From NCBI GenBank assembly GCA_013239625.1, contig MU055609.1, positions 4,662,106 through 4,726,105 of the forward strand: a stretch of DNA of 64,000 bases. The letters are read 5' to 3'. Under the pieces are notes generated by a model. It made no database searches, was not told the origin of the DNA, and worked only from the letters and a program-made list of their open reading frames with translations. The first letter of the stretch is position 1; each line of letters starts with the position of its first letter. A program made the position numbers and the translations under genes. Of this stretch, positions 1 through 13,600 are shown in pieces. The DNA is from Lama guanicoe (taxonomy: Eukaryota).

Positions 1-184
1 CCAGGGTCTTTGAAGATGTGAGTGAGGATGTCAAGACATTGTTACTCTGAGAAACTTAGAAACCCCAGTGGGCAAAGCAGCCTTCCACCTGAGGAAGAGC
101 TGACCTGGGAGCTTCTGGTTTGACAGGTAGCCAGGCAAGGCTAGGCCTGGAAGGAACCTGGAGGAGTCTCTCCACCCTAGCTTG

Positions 185-305
185 CACCAGTATGTAGATG
201 AGGAAGTGGAGGCCTAGAGAAGGTCAGGGACTTGGCCAAGGTCACACAGACAATCAGTGGCTGAGCCAGAACCGGAGCCCAGCCCTGGTATGCTGACCCC
301 AGTCA
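185..305 (-). mobile_element. MIR SINE fragment
   Basis: gatgaggaagtggaggcctagagaaggtcagggacttggccaaggtcacacag = antisense MIR core. Confidence 0.7.
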
Positions 306-1959
306 GGTTTTCCCCACCTTGATTTGCTATCTCAGGTGGGCCTTGCTGGTGACTCAAGCACATGAACAGAGCTCTAACCAGACACTGGCCTCAGGCAGAG
401 CTGCCTGCCCTATTCTGGGTCAGAGGGGTAGTTCTCTGGGGATTGTCCCTTTGGCATTGTGGACATTGCCTGTGCTCATTGGTCCCCCTGCTGGGTTCCC
501 GGTGTGTTGCTCTCAGGGTGCAGGGAGAGACAATGGGAGGGTGGGAGGCATCTCCCTGCATGGATCTGTCTGGGTATGAGGTCAAGATGGCTGTGGAGCA
601 GAAGGGGGAGACTCCGAGGTAAAAGCCCCCTTTCTCCTTCTCAGTCCCTCTAGTTGCTTTTCTTCTTCCCCCCAAAACCATTTTAAGGATCATAACATTT
701 ATCATGAGCTTTATTATGGGAGACTTCTTCATGTTTAAAAATAAACGCAGGCATACAGAACTATATTTGGTATAAGGAAGTCTTTTGCATATAAATGTAC
801 TTAAAGGACAACTGCTTTCTTTATTTAAGAAGCAGGGTGGGCCCCAGCTAGAGGGAGCACATGGGGGTAGGTGCTGAAGGGACCCTGAGGTCTGCCTTGC
901 TCAGGACGGTTGGGTTATAGCCTTGAGTCCTGTTGAATCTGCTATCCTTTCCCCGGGGACAATTGCAGAACAGGATAACTGGTACTTAAAAATTCATAGA
1001 AAATGTTCTTATCACAACGTCATAATTGTTATGACTCAAAAGTAGAATTGCCATTCCACTATGCCTGTCTGCCCTCACTTTTGTTGCCTCCCGAGTCCCC
1101 AGCANNNNNNNNNNNNNNNNNNNNNNNNNNNNNNNNNNNNNNNNNNNNNNNNNNNNNNNNNNNNNNNNNNNNNNNNNNNNNNNNNNNNNNNNNNNNNNNN
1201 NNNNNNNNNNNNNNNNNNNNNNNNNNNNNNNNNNNNNNNNNNNNNNNNNNTTGATGGCTGTCAGGGGCGGGCAGGGTGGCAGATTGCAGAGGGGGAAGTG
1301 GACAGATGATGCCATGGCTTTCGGGGGACTTTAGGAGAACCTAGGCCTTGAAAGGAGCTTGATGGTAAACAAAGCAGATAGAACTCTGCTTTGCCCCTAC
1401 CTTTTTCTTCTTTTCTTTTCCTCCCTTTTCTGTTGAACGTCAGGAAGTAGAGGAGGTACCCCACTCCATCAGCACATCCCAGGAGTATCGCTTTTGATTG
1501 TGACCATCAGGTATGAGCCTAGAGAGAGGCTGGACCCAAGAGGGCGTGCCTCCATCCCAGGTGTCTGCTTAGAAACCTGGAGGCTCTTCTGTCACGTCGC
1601 CTGTTGGTAGAAGCCCCATATACATCCTCCACCTTCTCCTCTGGCTGTTTCCTGGATCTGAGAACCAAACAGGGAGGACCAACTCTTAGGGCAAATCACG
1701 CCTACTGTACGATCTGGGCTACTTCAGATTATGTTTCCAGAGGGCTTCCCGGCTAATCCTTGTGTATTTTCACTGGTGGAAACAAATGGTATCAGACTCA
1801 CAGGCCTGTTTACAGACGGGGAGACACGGGAATGATGGAAGAGCTTTGAATTTTAAACATTAGCTAATGAAATTGCAGACGGGGCCACTGGGTGGAACGG
1901 CCTGGCTATTCCTAGGAAACACTTCTCCTTCAGCTGCGGGGGAGAAGCCGGCCGGGCTC

Positions 1960-2330
1960 GCTCATGAGCTCCGCAGACATTTATGGAGCCCCTTCCCTGT
2001 GCCAGGAGCTGCGTGAAGTAAGAACTCTAGGAGTCCTGTGTTGGGCTGTCCCAGCCCAGTTAAATAGAGAGTGAACAGGCTCGAAGGGGCTGCAGTGGGG
2101 ACTGCAGGAGCAGAGGAACAGCTTAGGATGCCAGAAATTTTCTGCAGGGAGGAGGGCGAGTCTGAGCTCACTGAGTAGGAGGGAAAGGAGCCTGACCTGG
2201 CTAAAAAAGGGAAAGCACTCGGGGAGGGGAGGGCATTCCAGGCAGATGCTGTCGGGGGCATGTTGAGGGGAGCCGGAGGTGAGCCTGGAGTTCTGTGTCT
2301 CCCCCTTGAGAGGACTGGGCAGGATGGTGG
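1960..2330 (-). mobile_element. L2 LINE 3' fragment
   Basis: cagacatttatggagccccttccctgtgccagg…gggagggcattccaggcaga, typical antisense L2 3' region. Confidence 0.55.
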
Positions 2331-5300
2331 GAGGCTGGAGTTCGTCATTTCCCCTGCCTCTGCCTCCCCCTCTCAGTGCCGCTCCTGTGCAGTTGTGTCA
2401 GAGACAGGACTGGCTGTTCATTCATCTGCTAATTGTTTTGATAAGAGACTCTAATTATCCTCTATGATCATCAGATTACCCTGAGCTCTAGGAGGGAGAT
2501 TTGAGTTTGAGCTGCTGTGGCAGCCATCAGCAGCACCAGTTTGCTAAACGGGACCCAGTGGTAGCACCTGGCCCCCTGTGTTTGGTTCCCAGTTGGTGCC
2601 CACAAAGCTGTTGCATGATGGGGTCACAGGGGCCTGGGGGTGGACCCTGGAAATCCACCCAAAAGCACAACCCCGGGATGTCAAGCAGGACTTTCCTTTG
2701 GATTATCTTTGCCACTGTGTTAAGTCCACAGATAAGAGGTTTGGTTCTAGGGATTTCAAAATAAGGTGAGGAGTGTGGAGAAAATCAGAGAAGAAGCAGT
2801 AATGCCTCTAATGAATTGACATCAGCAGTCAAGACAAATTCAAATGCCTTTTGGGCCATTTGATTAAGTTCTACTTACATGTTATTTGGTATAAAGAGAG
2901 CAACAGGCCAAAAACAACCAGGAAGGCAGATTATAAATTAATCCAGTCATTGACTCCTCCAGCAAAGGTAATGTGGAATGATGGCATCCTAATTGATCTG
3001 ATACGGACTTTTACATCAGTGGGAGCTGCAAAGTAAGGGAGCATATATTCTTGGGATGAGTGACTGTGACTGGCCCATGGGAAAATTTGGTGTGGTGTGT
3101 GTCATCTTTCCCCTCACAGGGCTTGATGGAAGGGCTGACTCCACCCTCAGCACCTCAGTCTCTCTTCATTCAAGCAATGTCTGTAGATCCAGAAGGAGCT
3201 GGGGAGCCTGGTGAGAGCTGAGCTAGGAAAGTGCAGCTCCATCCTGCCTTCTCCCCGTGAGATCAGAGACTCCCTAGAAAAGGACGGACCTCAGCTGTTG
3301 GGTCTGGCTGGGATTTGGAGAGGTGGGCAGGCCATTGTTCGGTCCTGGTCCAAGACACTGGCTGCTGTGTGTGCAGGTGTCTGCGGTGCTGTCTTCCCGT
3401 TGACACAGTGGCACTGTAGTCAGTGATCACTCAGTTCCCTTTTGACTCTACTCTCTGAAGCTCCTTTATTCTTGAGCCGCCTTCTCTCACCAGAGCAGAC
3501 AGCCAGAGAACTTAAGTCCGGCTCTCCTTGGTGCCCCGGCTCCGGTTGGTCCCGATGTACTTTCCCACCTCCTGGAAGAGCAGGGCTTTCCACCTGGCAT
3601 GCTCCCTTTGTCTCCACATTTGGGGCTCAGCTAGCTGGGAAGTTTGGCAACACGTCAGGCCGTATATCTTGGAAACCGCCCTCCAGAAACAACCTCGTTT
3701 AGCAGATTTACTGACGTATTGGGCCTGCCTGTTCTCGGGGGCCGCCATCCTAAATCAAAGCAGGTCCACTGGACTTGGATGGCTCAATGCAGAACTTTTC
3801 AAAAAATTTCAGGCAGGATGTATCACTGCCCCATTAACTCCCTGCCATTAATCTGCTTCTCCTAAAAACCTGGAGTTTTCCCAAAAAGACTGGAACGTGG
3901 TGAAAAACGGACCCATTTGGTAAATTCTGTAAATCAGGCGGGTTTTCTCTCCTCGCTCCCCAGCGGGCTTGCCTCCATCGCCTTGGTGACAGGATGCCAC
4001 GTAGGTGGGTGAAGCTGCAACCTCACAGGGTTTCCGGGGAGCGTTCTGGGGATGAACAGTCGTCGGGCCTTGTTGCTCTTTAGGCCACCCTGACCTGTGG
4101 GGTCTCTGCGTGAACAGTGTTCTCTGGGTGGGGATTGGGGCCACCATCAGGAGTGGATACAGGAACTGTTGTGGGCCCCTCAGGGGTACAAAGGCTGAGC
4201 TGGGCTCTGATCTTGCTGAGGGGATGGGGCCATACCAAGGACTGTCTGGAAGGGGCAGACCCCTTCCCTTAGTCTTCCTGTTTGCTGAAGAGGGACTTGG
4301 ATGCTGGGGCTTATCCACCGCCCTAAAGACGAGTGAGCATCCATCCACACTTCTGGTTCCCATGCCTAGAAGCATCCTTCTTTCAGAAGAAGATGGTACC
4401 TAGGAGCTGGGATTTTAGAGCTCACAGACCTGGGGTTGAACACCAGTTTTGTTGGTCACTGACCTCAGGCATTCAGGGGCATTGAAAAAGAAAAGATATG
4501 ACCTGGAAGAGAGAGGGGCCTAGGCTGAGCACCAAAGGAAGAACAAGTAGGGACAGCTGTGGTCTCCAAGAAACAAGTCCCCCATCTCTGCCTCCTCCAT
4601 TCTGCGTCCGTAAAATGGGGATGAAGCACCTTCTGCGAGCCTGCTGGAGAGTTAATTGATTTAATACTTGTGAAATGTTTAGGATAATATCTGGTGCAAG
4701 TTCTGTAAATGATACTCAGTAGACCTTATGGGGTGCACATAGCACCTACTTGCTCATCCTGCTGAAATGGGCCCATGCTAGCCTGAAGGTGGAAGTACTC
4801 TTTTTTTGGCTAGTTCCCCACTACCCTCCCCTTAGTCTTTGTGGCCTCAGTTTGCAGCAGCATTGGAAAGTCTCCATGGGTCAGGGCCCTTCTCTGCTCC
4901 TTCCAAGGTCAGTCCTTTTCACCTCAAGAGCAGGTGAGAATTCTGTGAATTCAGTGTATTAGAATTCACAGCTGTCACTGGAATCTGGGCTTCTGGAATC
5001 CAAAATAAAGCTTTTCCCGGAAGTACCCACGCCCTCTGCTTGCCTGAGGCAGATAGCATTGCAGGTGAGGACAGGAACAGTCCTCTCTTGCCCGTTGGGA
5101 CAGGGTCTGGAAAGCAGGCTGGGACAGGAGGCTGGGGCACCACCTTTTCCAAGGAAGAGGGGAGCTCATTCCAGCAGGACATTTGGCATCCTGCCCTGCT
5201 GGAGGAACTGGTTTCCTGGGCCTGAATCCCAGGCCCGCCTGCTGGGGAGTCCTGGGGGCTGGGACCATGGATCTGGTCTGTGTTTCCTGGAGTAGTTTAC

Positions 5301-8300
5301 TTTTTTCTCCCCCTTTGCTGAAAGTACCTGTTATCTGTGCATCTCTTGGCCTTTTAGAAAGCTAATGAAGCCCTAGAGGCAGAGTTTTGGGGCATAGATT
5401 TTTTTTTCCTTTGACAACTAAAGAGTAGTTTTAGGTGTTCTGAGTGCATAATTGAGTTGTTCAAGGGCTGACCATTGGTTCTGGGGGCTGGGAGAGGGGA
5501 GGGTGAAGAACCTTGGACCTTTTCCCTTTGGCAGCCACCCCCTCTCCTCCCGAATGTCCTAATAGTTCGAATATCCTTGCCATCTCTTTGTCCTGAAAGC
5601 CTGGAGTCTCCTTCTGAGTTCCTTGAAATTCGTAGGCTAGGGTTCAGTGAACAGACCCTGTGGAGTGTAAATCATTTGAAAGTGTCGTCCCAGAATGCAG
5701 GGATCTTGTCTGTTTTTATTCCTGGGTGCCCCAGTAAGGTATCTGGTGCAGTTTTGGAGGGAACCAGTGATTGTATGGGGTGCCTGCCTTATGACAGGTG
5801 CTGTGTTGGACTTTCAAAGCTACCTGGTAATGCCAGTTGACCGAATACTGGAGGCATAAGTGGATTGTTGGTTTTCCCTGAACCTGGCTGAGTTGACTGG
5901 GGTGCTAGGGTTGAGGAGGGGACGTAGACAGCTGACTTATTCCTTGGAGCCTCTCACTGTTCCTGCTGATTCCGTCTTGGGAGGAAGGCCCTGGTCTTCT
6001 GCATCTCCTTAGTGGACACCGTGTGTTCCTGTTTGACTTGGCCTGGCCATTATCTTTCTGTATTTAGTAGGCGCTGTCTTAAATTTGTGTGCCAAATGTG
6101 TTATCAGGTGGTGGCAATGTGAACGAGCTACATTGCAGGTCCTGAGGGGCTTGCCTCCTGTCCTGGCCCAAGGGCAGTGGCTTAGCATGGGCACAGGTCA
6201 GAAAGCTGGCCACAGCTGCTCATACACGTACAGCTCAGTCCACTGGTGCATCCTTCTTGCCTTGTGCCACTAAATTCACTGTGATCATGCACGACTTAAG
6301 ACCTCAAGTCCCTTGACGACACTGTTTACCACCCCCTTACTGCCGAACTGTGTATTAACTCTCTCTTGCTTGGTCTGCCTGTCCCAGCAACCAGGGACAG
6401 GAGGTAGAGCAGTGACTTGAGACCAGACCAGAACCTTCTTGTGCAGCGATCTTAAAAACTGCCCCTTGGGAAGGCTGGGACAAGGGCCACACCTGTGGAT
6501 CTTCCCCACCTGCAGCCTGGGATGTCGGGAAGACCTACTAAATTTTTAGTCCCAGAGCTTTGGAAGGGGTGCAGTAGAGCAGCTGGCATTCCATTTTTCC
6601 AGCCCTTTTCCCAACCAGCTTTCTGTTTTCATGTCCAAGCAGTCAAGCAATGCATAAAACATTATGGCTTCAGTCTCTTCCTTGCTTTCCCAACCCCCTC
6701 ATTTTATAGACCAAAGGGTTTGGACACTCCCTCCCTTCAGTCCTCCACTGTGAGGGCTATTCTGTCTGTCTGTACCCTGGTGAACTTGAGTTCTCTTTAA
6801 CTCATCCTTCCCTGAGTGATCAGAACAGCACATAGTAGCTACTCAGGGATGTTCGAATGAATGAAGTCTAGTCTGTCCTTGGAGGGCTCATTGTGTGCAC
6901 GTCATTGTGCTGAGGTGGTACCCATCCTTCATTTGATTTGCACAGCAGCTCTGAAGGGCTAGCGTCGTTTCCCCTGTCTTTTACAGGAGGAAGAGGCTGG
7001 GGCTCAGGCAGGTGGAGGCCCTCACAGGCCCCTGGCTTGACGGCTGCACTGCTTGTTGGTGCAGATGCATCCCCAGGCACCTCTTCAGTATCCATAAGAT
7101 ACTTTGGTAATGTGGTGAGAGCTTTCAGGACGGGGCCCTAGGGCGGAAGCCAGGGATGGACACCATCCAGCCACTTGACCTCAGGCAAGTGATGGCCCAA
7201 CTCCAGTCTGCAGTTTCCTCATCTGGAAACTGGGGGCAATGGGATGAATAGAAACTATGGCCAGAGTTCTCTCTGGAATGCCTTTCTGGCCCTGCTGCAC
7301 CCGCGTCCGTACATCTCAAGTAGTCTCTCTCATCTGCTTCAGGATGAAGCCCACATTCCTTTGCCCACAGCATTCCTCGTCTCTTGGGCAGGAGCAGAAG
7401 GGCTCCTTGGAGTTCCCTGGGCATGCCACATTCCTTCGTGCCACAGTGCCGTTTCACATGCAGTCCCCCCTCTGCCCAGAATGTTCAGTGCTCCTTTTGC
7501 TTGCTTGGAGGGCAAGTTTCCCTTTACAGCTGGGCTCCACATTTTCTCTGCAGCAAATCTTTCCTGCCTCATCAAGGTAGAATAAACTGCTCCTTTTTTG
7601 TGCTCCTGTTCAGTCATTCACTCCACAGATTCATTGGTTGAATGTCTTCTGTATGTTTGGCATAGTACTAGTTGCTAGAGTTTTAGAGACAGCTTCTGGA
7701 GCTGATCTCTGAGGACTGAAGTTATTTATCTGTGTGTCTCCCCTGCCCAGTTTCCTTGAAGTCAGGACCTCTCTATGTCTCTGCCCCAGGCTCCTAGCAC
7801 TTGGATGCTGCTCAAGACCCTGACTGACTGCCTAGCAGCTTGAGTATTAACTTTAAAACCTGTTTGGTGATGTCTTCGGCTTCTTTGAAGCTGGGCCTCT
7901 CCCATCCTTGGTCTTTTTCTTGGGGGTGGGCGTGGCAGAAATTGGCTTTTCTTCCGCATAATTTTTATTTGGTGCTTCCCCTGGTTAGAAGTCACTGGTA
8001 TTTGTGTGCCCCCTTACTCCCCCACTGGAAGCCCCTTGAAGCCCTACTCCCTCCCACATGCCTGGTAGAAGCAGGTACCCAAAGTGTGAGTGATGGTGGT
8101 ACCCAGTGTGTGAGTGGATGGCAGGAGGCAGGGGTTGTTGCATCTCAGAAGAGTCTGGGAGCTGAGGGAGTCGTCCTCCTGTCAAAACCTGAAAAATTGT
8201 GAAGTCTGTCCAGACTGTAAGTTTTGAGACCAGCCTCACGCACTAGCCTTTGTGGTTGGCTCATTCCTTGGACCTCCCAGACCACCTGCCTCCTTCAAAG

Positions 8301-8349
8301 AGAAGGGCCAACAAAAGAACAATAAAAACACCGGAAACACCATGTCTTA

Positions 8350-8352
<3 letters not shown>

Positions 8353-8408
<56 letters not shown>

Positions 8409-8439
8409 TTCTTTCTTTTCTTTCTTTCTTTTCTTTCTT
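8353..8439. repeat. Compound microsatellite (GCTT)7 followed by (TCTT)n
   Basis: Directly visible. Confidence 0.95.
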
Positions 8440-8889
8440 CGGGACCCTGTTTTACAACTTAATAACGACACAGAACCTGCTTTCGGCCATTTTTCCTGAA
8501 GGTGGTCATTGTCCCTTTGGAAAGCTGGCGCCTGTCTGGAGGGTTGATCATTAACAAACTGAGGCATGGTCTGGGTGGTAAAGGCAGTTAACACAGACAG
8601 TGGGCTTGCACTAGGAGAGGGAGTGTTAAGGACCTTCCCAATCTCTGGGCTAAAGGTGGGTTCCAAGCAGTTGTAAAGTTCAGCAGGAAGCCGAGCCATG
8701 AAGCAGCGCCCTCCTTCCAGGAGAGCCCCTGCCAGGAAGGAATCCTTGAGGGTTCCCCTACCCTTGTTTTCCCCCAAGCAAAAGGACTTCTGGGTACCTG
8801 CGTGGTGGCTGGTGTCGACCTGGCTGGGAGCTACACAGCGTTTACGGTCCCATTCCTGAAAGAGCCTTTGATGATTAAACAGTCATCAT

Positions 8890-9110
8890 GTGTAGGGACC
8901 TGGGCCTTAGCTCTGATCTAGCTCTGTGACCTGGGCTCAGGTCTGCCTCATTACTTGGAAGTTGTGTGAACCAGAGGTTAGCTCATCTCTGAGGCTCAGT
9001 TTCCCCATCTAGAGGTTAGGGATGAGGAAGTAGTCCCTGTTTCTCCTGTTGTTACAGGATTAGAAAGAATGCATGTAGAAGAAGGACTTGGCACAGACTT
9101 GGTGCTAATA
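8890..9110 (+). mobile_element. MIR SINE
   Basis: ctctgaggctcagtttccccatct core plus ttgttacaggattag…gcatgtagaa…ttggcacag tail. Confidence 0.65.
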
Positions 9111-10299
9111 GTGGTTGGTTCCCTGCCCTTCTCAATTGAGCATGGTCTGTAGTAGCCACTGTATTGTAGAAAGCCTAGGATACAAAGGATTTGGCTGCAG
9201 AATCGCAGCATTTTCAAGCGTCAGTTTGCTTATCTTAAAATGAGACTACCCACTCATCAGGTTGCTGAGGGGAGAAAATGAAACCATGGGAGGAAGATGC
9301 CGGGTACATCCTGGGACAGGTTATATATACTTCCCATCACTCCCTCAACAAGTTTTAAGGGTATATTAACTGGTGTAGGTCAGGTTGGTGCAAGTAGTGT
9401 AATAGTCTAGAAAATGTTTGCAGTGGGAGAGCAGAGGAGGGGGTAAGATTCCCGACTTAGGGTAGGGGATCTGGAGAGGCTTCTGGGAGCTGGGGCCACT
9501 GCCTTAATCAGAAGGTGACCTGGGTGGGCAGGCAAAGGAAGACTGGGGACAGGGTCTTTTCCTAGTAGTTCTGTTCCTTTAAGCCTGGGCTTTCAGCTTC
9601 TCCACTGGGAGGTGAGACTGCAGAGAGCTGCTTGGAAAGCTTCATCCTCCCCCTCCNNNNNNNNNNNNNNNNNNNNNNNNNNNNNNNNNNNNNNNNNNNN
9701 NNNNNNNNNNNNNNNNNNNNNNNNNNNNNNNNNNNNNNNNNNNNNNNNNNNNNNNNNNNNNNNNNNNNNNNNNNNNNNNNNNNNNNNNNNNNNNNNNNNN
9801 NNNNNNNNNNNNNNNNNNNNNNNNNNAGATGGCTGATTGGGGTGGAAAGTTGGCCACTGCTGCTGTTGGGGAATGGAATGGTGTATCTGTCTCTATATAC
9901 TGAAAATTATGGCATTCTGTACACGCATGCACACTATTTATAAAGCCTGCCTGCCTGGTTTGGGTTTTTGGAGGATATTTAAGTATTCTCAGAGGTTCCT
10001 GTTGGTTAAATGTCATTCTTGGAGGTGTCATGTTAACAGGGCTTGAAACCAGGTTCTTTTGCTGTGGTTCAGTGTCTTCCCCCAATTCTTCTCCCCTTGC
10101 TGAAGCCCCAGGCCTGGAGATGAGGTACATGGCTTGGAGGAGGATGGGGACACAGGGATTGCTCTCCTCTCCTCCTGCCTTTAGAGTGGTGCCCTTTTCT
10201 TTTAAAGACAACTGTAGGGAAAGTTTAGAAAGTGAAAGGAAAACATTCTCTCTACCATTATCTTATCACAACTTGTAGACTTGGACAAAATGCTGTCCG

Positions 10300-10680
10300 G
10301 GTCTGCACATGTGTTTGTGGTCTGCTATTTTTTCTTTTGATAAGCATGTTTCCAGTTATTCCTAATTATCCTTTAATGGCTGTGTAGGCTCTATATAACT
10401 ATTCCTCTATTACTGGATTTTCCTTCCTGTCTTGCCCTCCCCCCCCCATTGTATATAATACTGCAACGAACATCTTTGCATTTCATTTTGGATGATTTCC
10501 TTGGAAGAAATTCCCAGAAGTAAGAATACTAGGTCAGAAAGTATGACCCTCTCCTTTCAAGATCCTTGTGTCATTTGGCAAATTATTTTCAAAAGGATCA
10601 TCTTGACTTATATGGATGCTTGCATAGATAAATGGGTATTCTCACTGGATTTTTGCTTGCACTGGATTATAAAACAATTT
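10300..10680 (-). mobile_element. Old L1 (L1M-type) fragment
   Basis: ataatactgcaacgaacatctttg…atttccttggaagaaattcccagaagtaagaatactaggtcagaaagtatg, antisense L1 ORF2/3' signature. Confidence 0.6.
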
Positions 10681-13600
10681 TTTTTAAAGGAAGCTCTTTT
10701 TTTTTCTGTCTTAGATGAAAAATGTTTTAACCCTGACTTTTCTACGTTTTGTACCAACCACCATGTCCCAACTGCGGTGTGCTTCTCATAGTGCCAAGGG
10801 GAACATGGTGCATCCATTCTGTTCCCTGACTGCCGGGGGCTCACAGGCACCCAAAACGGAGGAGAAACAGGCGGCCGATAGGAACAAAAGTAGACCAGGT
10901 GGCATCTCGTGCTGCTGCATGAGCTGTGTGTGCAGCGTGAGCTTCCTGTGCTCTCAGAGGTTGAGGAGGACCAGAAGAGCCTTGGCCCTGAGAAACGGGC
11001 ACAGCCGGTGCTTGCTCTGTACAAGAAGGCTCTGGTAGTACCCTGGTTCATCATTTTGTTCAACAGTGTGCATGGGGCCTCCTGGGCGCCAGGCTCAGTG
11101 GGGATAGGGAGATGGATAAGAGCCAGTAGTCTCTCCAGGCAGACGGAATCACACAGGGCATTTCTATATGATGTGACAGATGGCTGGAGAGGGTGCCATG
11201 GATGATCAGGGCCAGAGTGACAAGCTCTGCCGTTCTTTTGTTGTTAGAATTTTCGACTCTCTTCTCCCTTTCCTGAGCACTGGGGGCTTCCCTCACCGGC
11301 AAGAAAAGTTGGGCAAATCAACAAGTATCCTCTCCTCATACACTGCTGGTACCCAGCTGGCTTTCGACTGCATGGAACTTCCCACCCTGGGAAGGGACGT
11401 TGGAAGCCAGCACCCCAGTCCCTGCTGGGGTACAGCCAGTGGCGGGTGCTTGCTACCTAACTGGACGGCTCACTCCACGGACTTTTTCTCCAGGGCCCTT
11501 GGAGGTCCTAATTTTTAGGAAGGCTCTAAAGAAAAATGTTAGGTCATAGAATATTTGTCCTGGAAGCAAGGTTAGAGGTGTCAGGCCCAACTTCCAATCC
11601 ATTTGACAGTCTACTTCACAAATCTTTTTTTCTTTTTCTTTTGAGGGCTTACTGGATGTGCGTAGCTTCCAGGCCACAGCTCTTGGTTACACTGTGATGT
11701 ATAGAGGGTTCTTATGCCCTTTTCCTTGTGGGTTTGTGAAGTGGGAGAGTCCTTCACTTTCTGCTTTTCCACAGTTATTGCTACATGGTAGGTTCTCAGA
11801 AGAGCTTTTGTGGGTGTGTCACACTCGTTGGGTGTGGTTTGTCATTGTGGTCAGCCTCTCCCACCCTGGCAGAGAACCAATGGTCCCTCTTCCCTTGGGG
11901 ACTGGATCTAGGGTTACACGTTGAGAGAGAGTGTGCTTTAGGCACATGGGACGAGCCCTTGGGTAGGAGGGGAAACCTGAGTGCTGGCCCTGACTCTCCT
12001 ACTTACTAAGTGGCTGGCAAGGCCCCTCCTAGCCCCCATTTCGATCTCAGCCGCTCTGGTACTTTCCACACCTGAAAAGTGAAAATCCCAGAGTTCATGC
12101 TTGCCAGTTGCCCTGAGTTTGGGAAAGCTGCTTTTGGGAAAGCCTAGCTGTCTTGACCCCAAGTAGCATCCACTTAAGACCTCTGCACAGAGGTGATGGG
12201 CCTCCTGTAGCCATGGCGGTGGGGTAGCACTTTTGTACAGGACCAGAGGGAACTTGACTGTTGATGTCAAGAGACAGCACACGGCAGACTTCGTTGTGGT
12301 CATTTCTCTTTCCCTGCAGAGTTCCTGGTAGGGGAACAGGGAACCCCTGAGGCAGGAGAGAGCCCAGAACCCCCAGACTATGCAGGGAGAAGGGAGAATC
12401 ACAGAACTGTGCTCCCAGCTGCCTTCCATTGTCTGATGTGGCAGTGGCCGTAGCCCCCTCCCCCAGGTCCTCCTTTTGAGAATAAACATATCAACAGGAT
12501 TGATTACCCGATTGGTCCCTGGGCAGCTGGCTCTGGCCTGCAACTGGAGCTGATTTCTCCGCTGTCACACACCCATTGTCTTGGATTGTTCACTTCCACA
12601 AATCAGAGGTTGGCTTCACCGCCCTAACCCTACCACGACCCCCAGATGCTTGTTTGCCGGTCGAATGAACGCTTCCTGCTCAATGGAAAAAAAAAAGCCT
12701 GAAGCACACGTGGGCAGCCCTCAAGCCCCGCTCCTCCCCATCCCTCTGATGCAGACAGGATGTTCCCATTCCAGCCCCTCCCCAGCCTCTGCCCGCCCTG
12801 GGCCTGCCTTTCCAAAGTGGATTCAAAGCAGAGGAGATGTTTCCTGGAAGCTGGACTGACCACCTCCCACTGGAGGGGGAGCTTGGAGGGGAGGAGTTAC
12901 CCAGGGGCTGCAGCCGTGTGCTGTGCCTAGGTGAGACCAGCAGGTTGTGAGCCCTGGCACCCCCCTGGCATGGGGGTTGGTCTGGTCTGGACACTGGGCT
13001 CAGGACCTGTGACAGCAAGATGGGATAGCCTTAAGGGCACAAGGAGGGTTGTGGACCCAAGGCAGGGGCTGTGAAGGAGCAAACAGTAATGGATTCTCTG
13101 GTCCTTTCTGAAATCCTGCCTATTCTTCAAGGCTTATGGTGAGCTACACCCTCCTTGTGAATGGAAGCCCCCTCTGACCACTTGCCGCCAACTCTCCCCC
13201 TTTCCTTTGAAACACTTCAGAGTTCAGAGCTGGTGCTGTGTCCTGGAGCCCGTTTTCCTGCGGGCTGCTGCTTTGTTGCATGAGAATGAGAAAAGACCAA
13301 TGGGCCAGTGAGTGCTGGAGAGAGGCAGTTAGGTTTAGGCAAAGACACATGTGTACGAGTGCCTCTGCCAGCTGTGGGGTGCGCTGGGCAGAGGCCTGGC
13401 TGCTGTAGAGTCCATAGAACTGTGGGCTTCAGGTAGAGGAACGCACAGTCACGATAATTTGACTCATTCTTCAGCTGCAGACTTGAGAAACCAGATCTTC
13501 TGCTGTGCACAGGGCATAGTAGGGGCAGAAGGGCCACTGGTTCAGTGTAGTTGGGCTTCTTTCCTGACTTGCATCTCCCTCCCTGAGCAATGGCCTTGGT

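Noticed and set aside
4943-4971. 10-bp inverted repeat ctgtgaattc/gaattcacag
   Set aside because: Too short to distinguish from chance or local slippage.
8074-8122. Imperfect 24-25-nt tandem duplication
   Set aside because: Ordinary local duplication with only two copies and no spacer structure.
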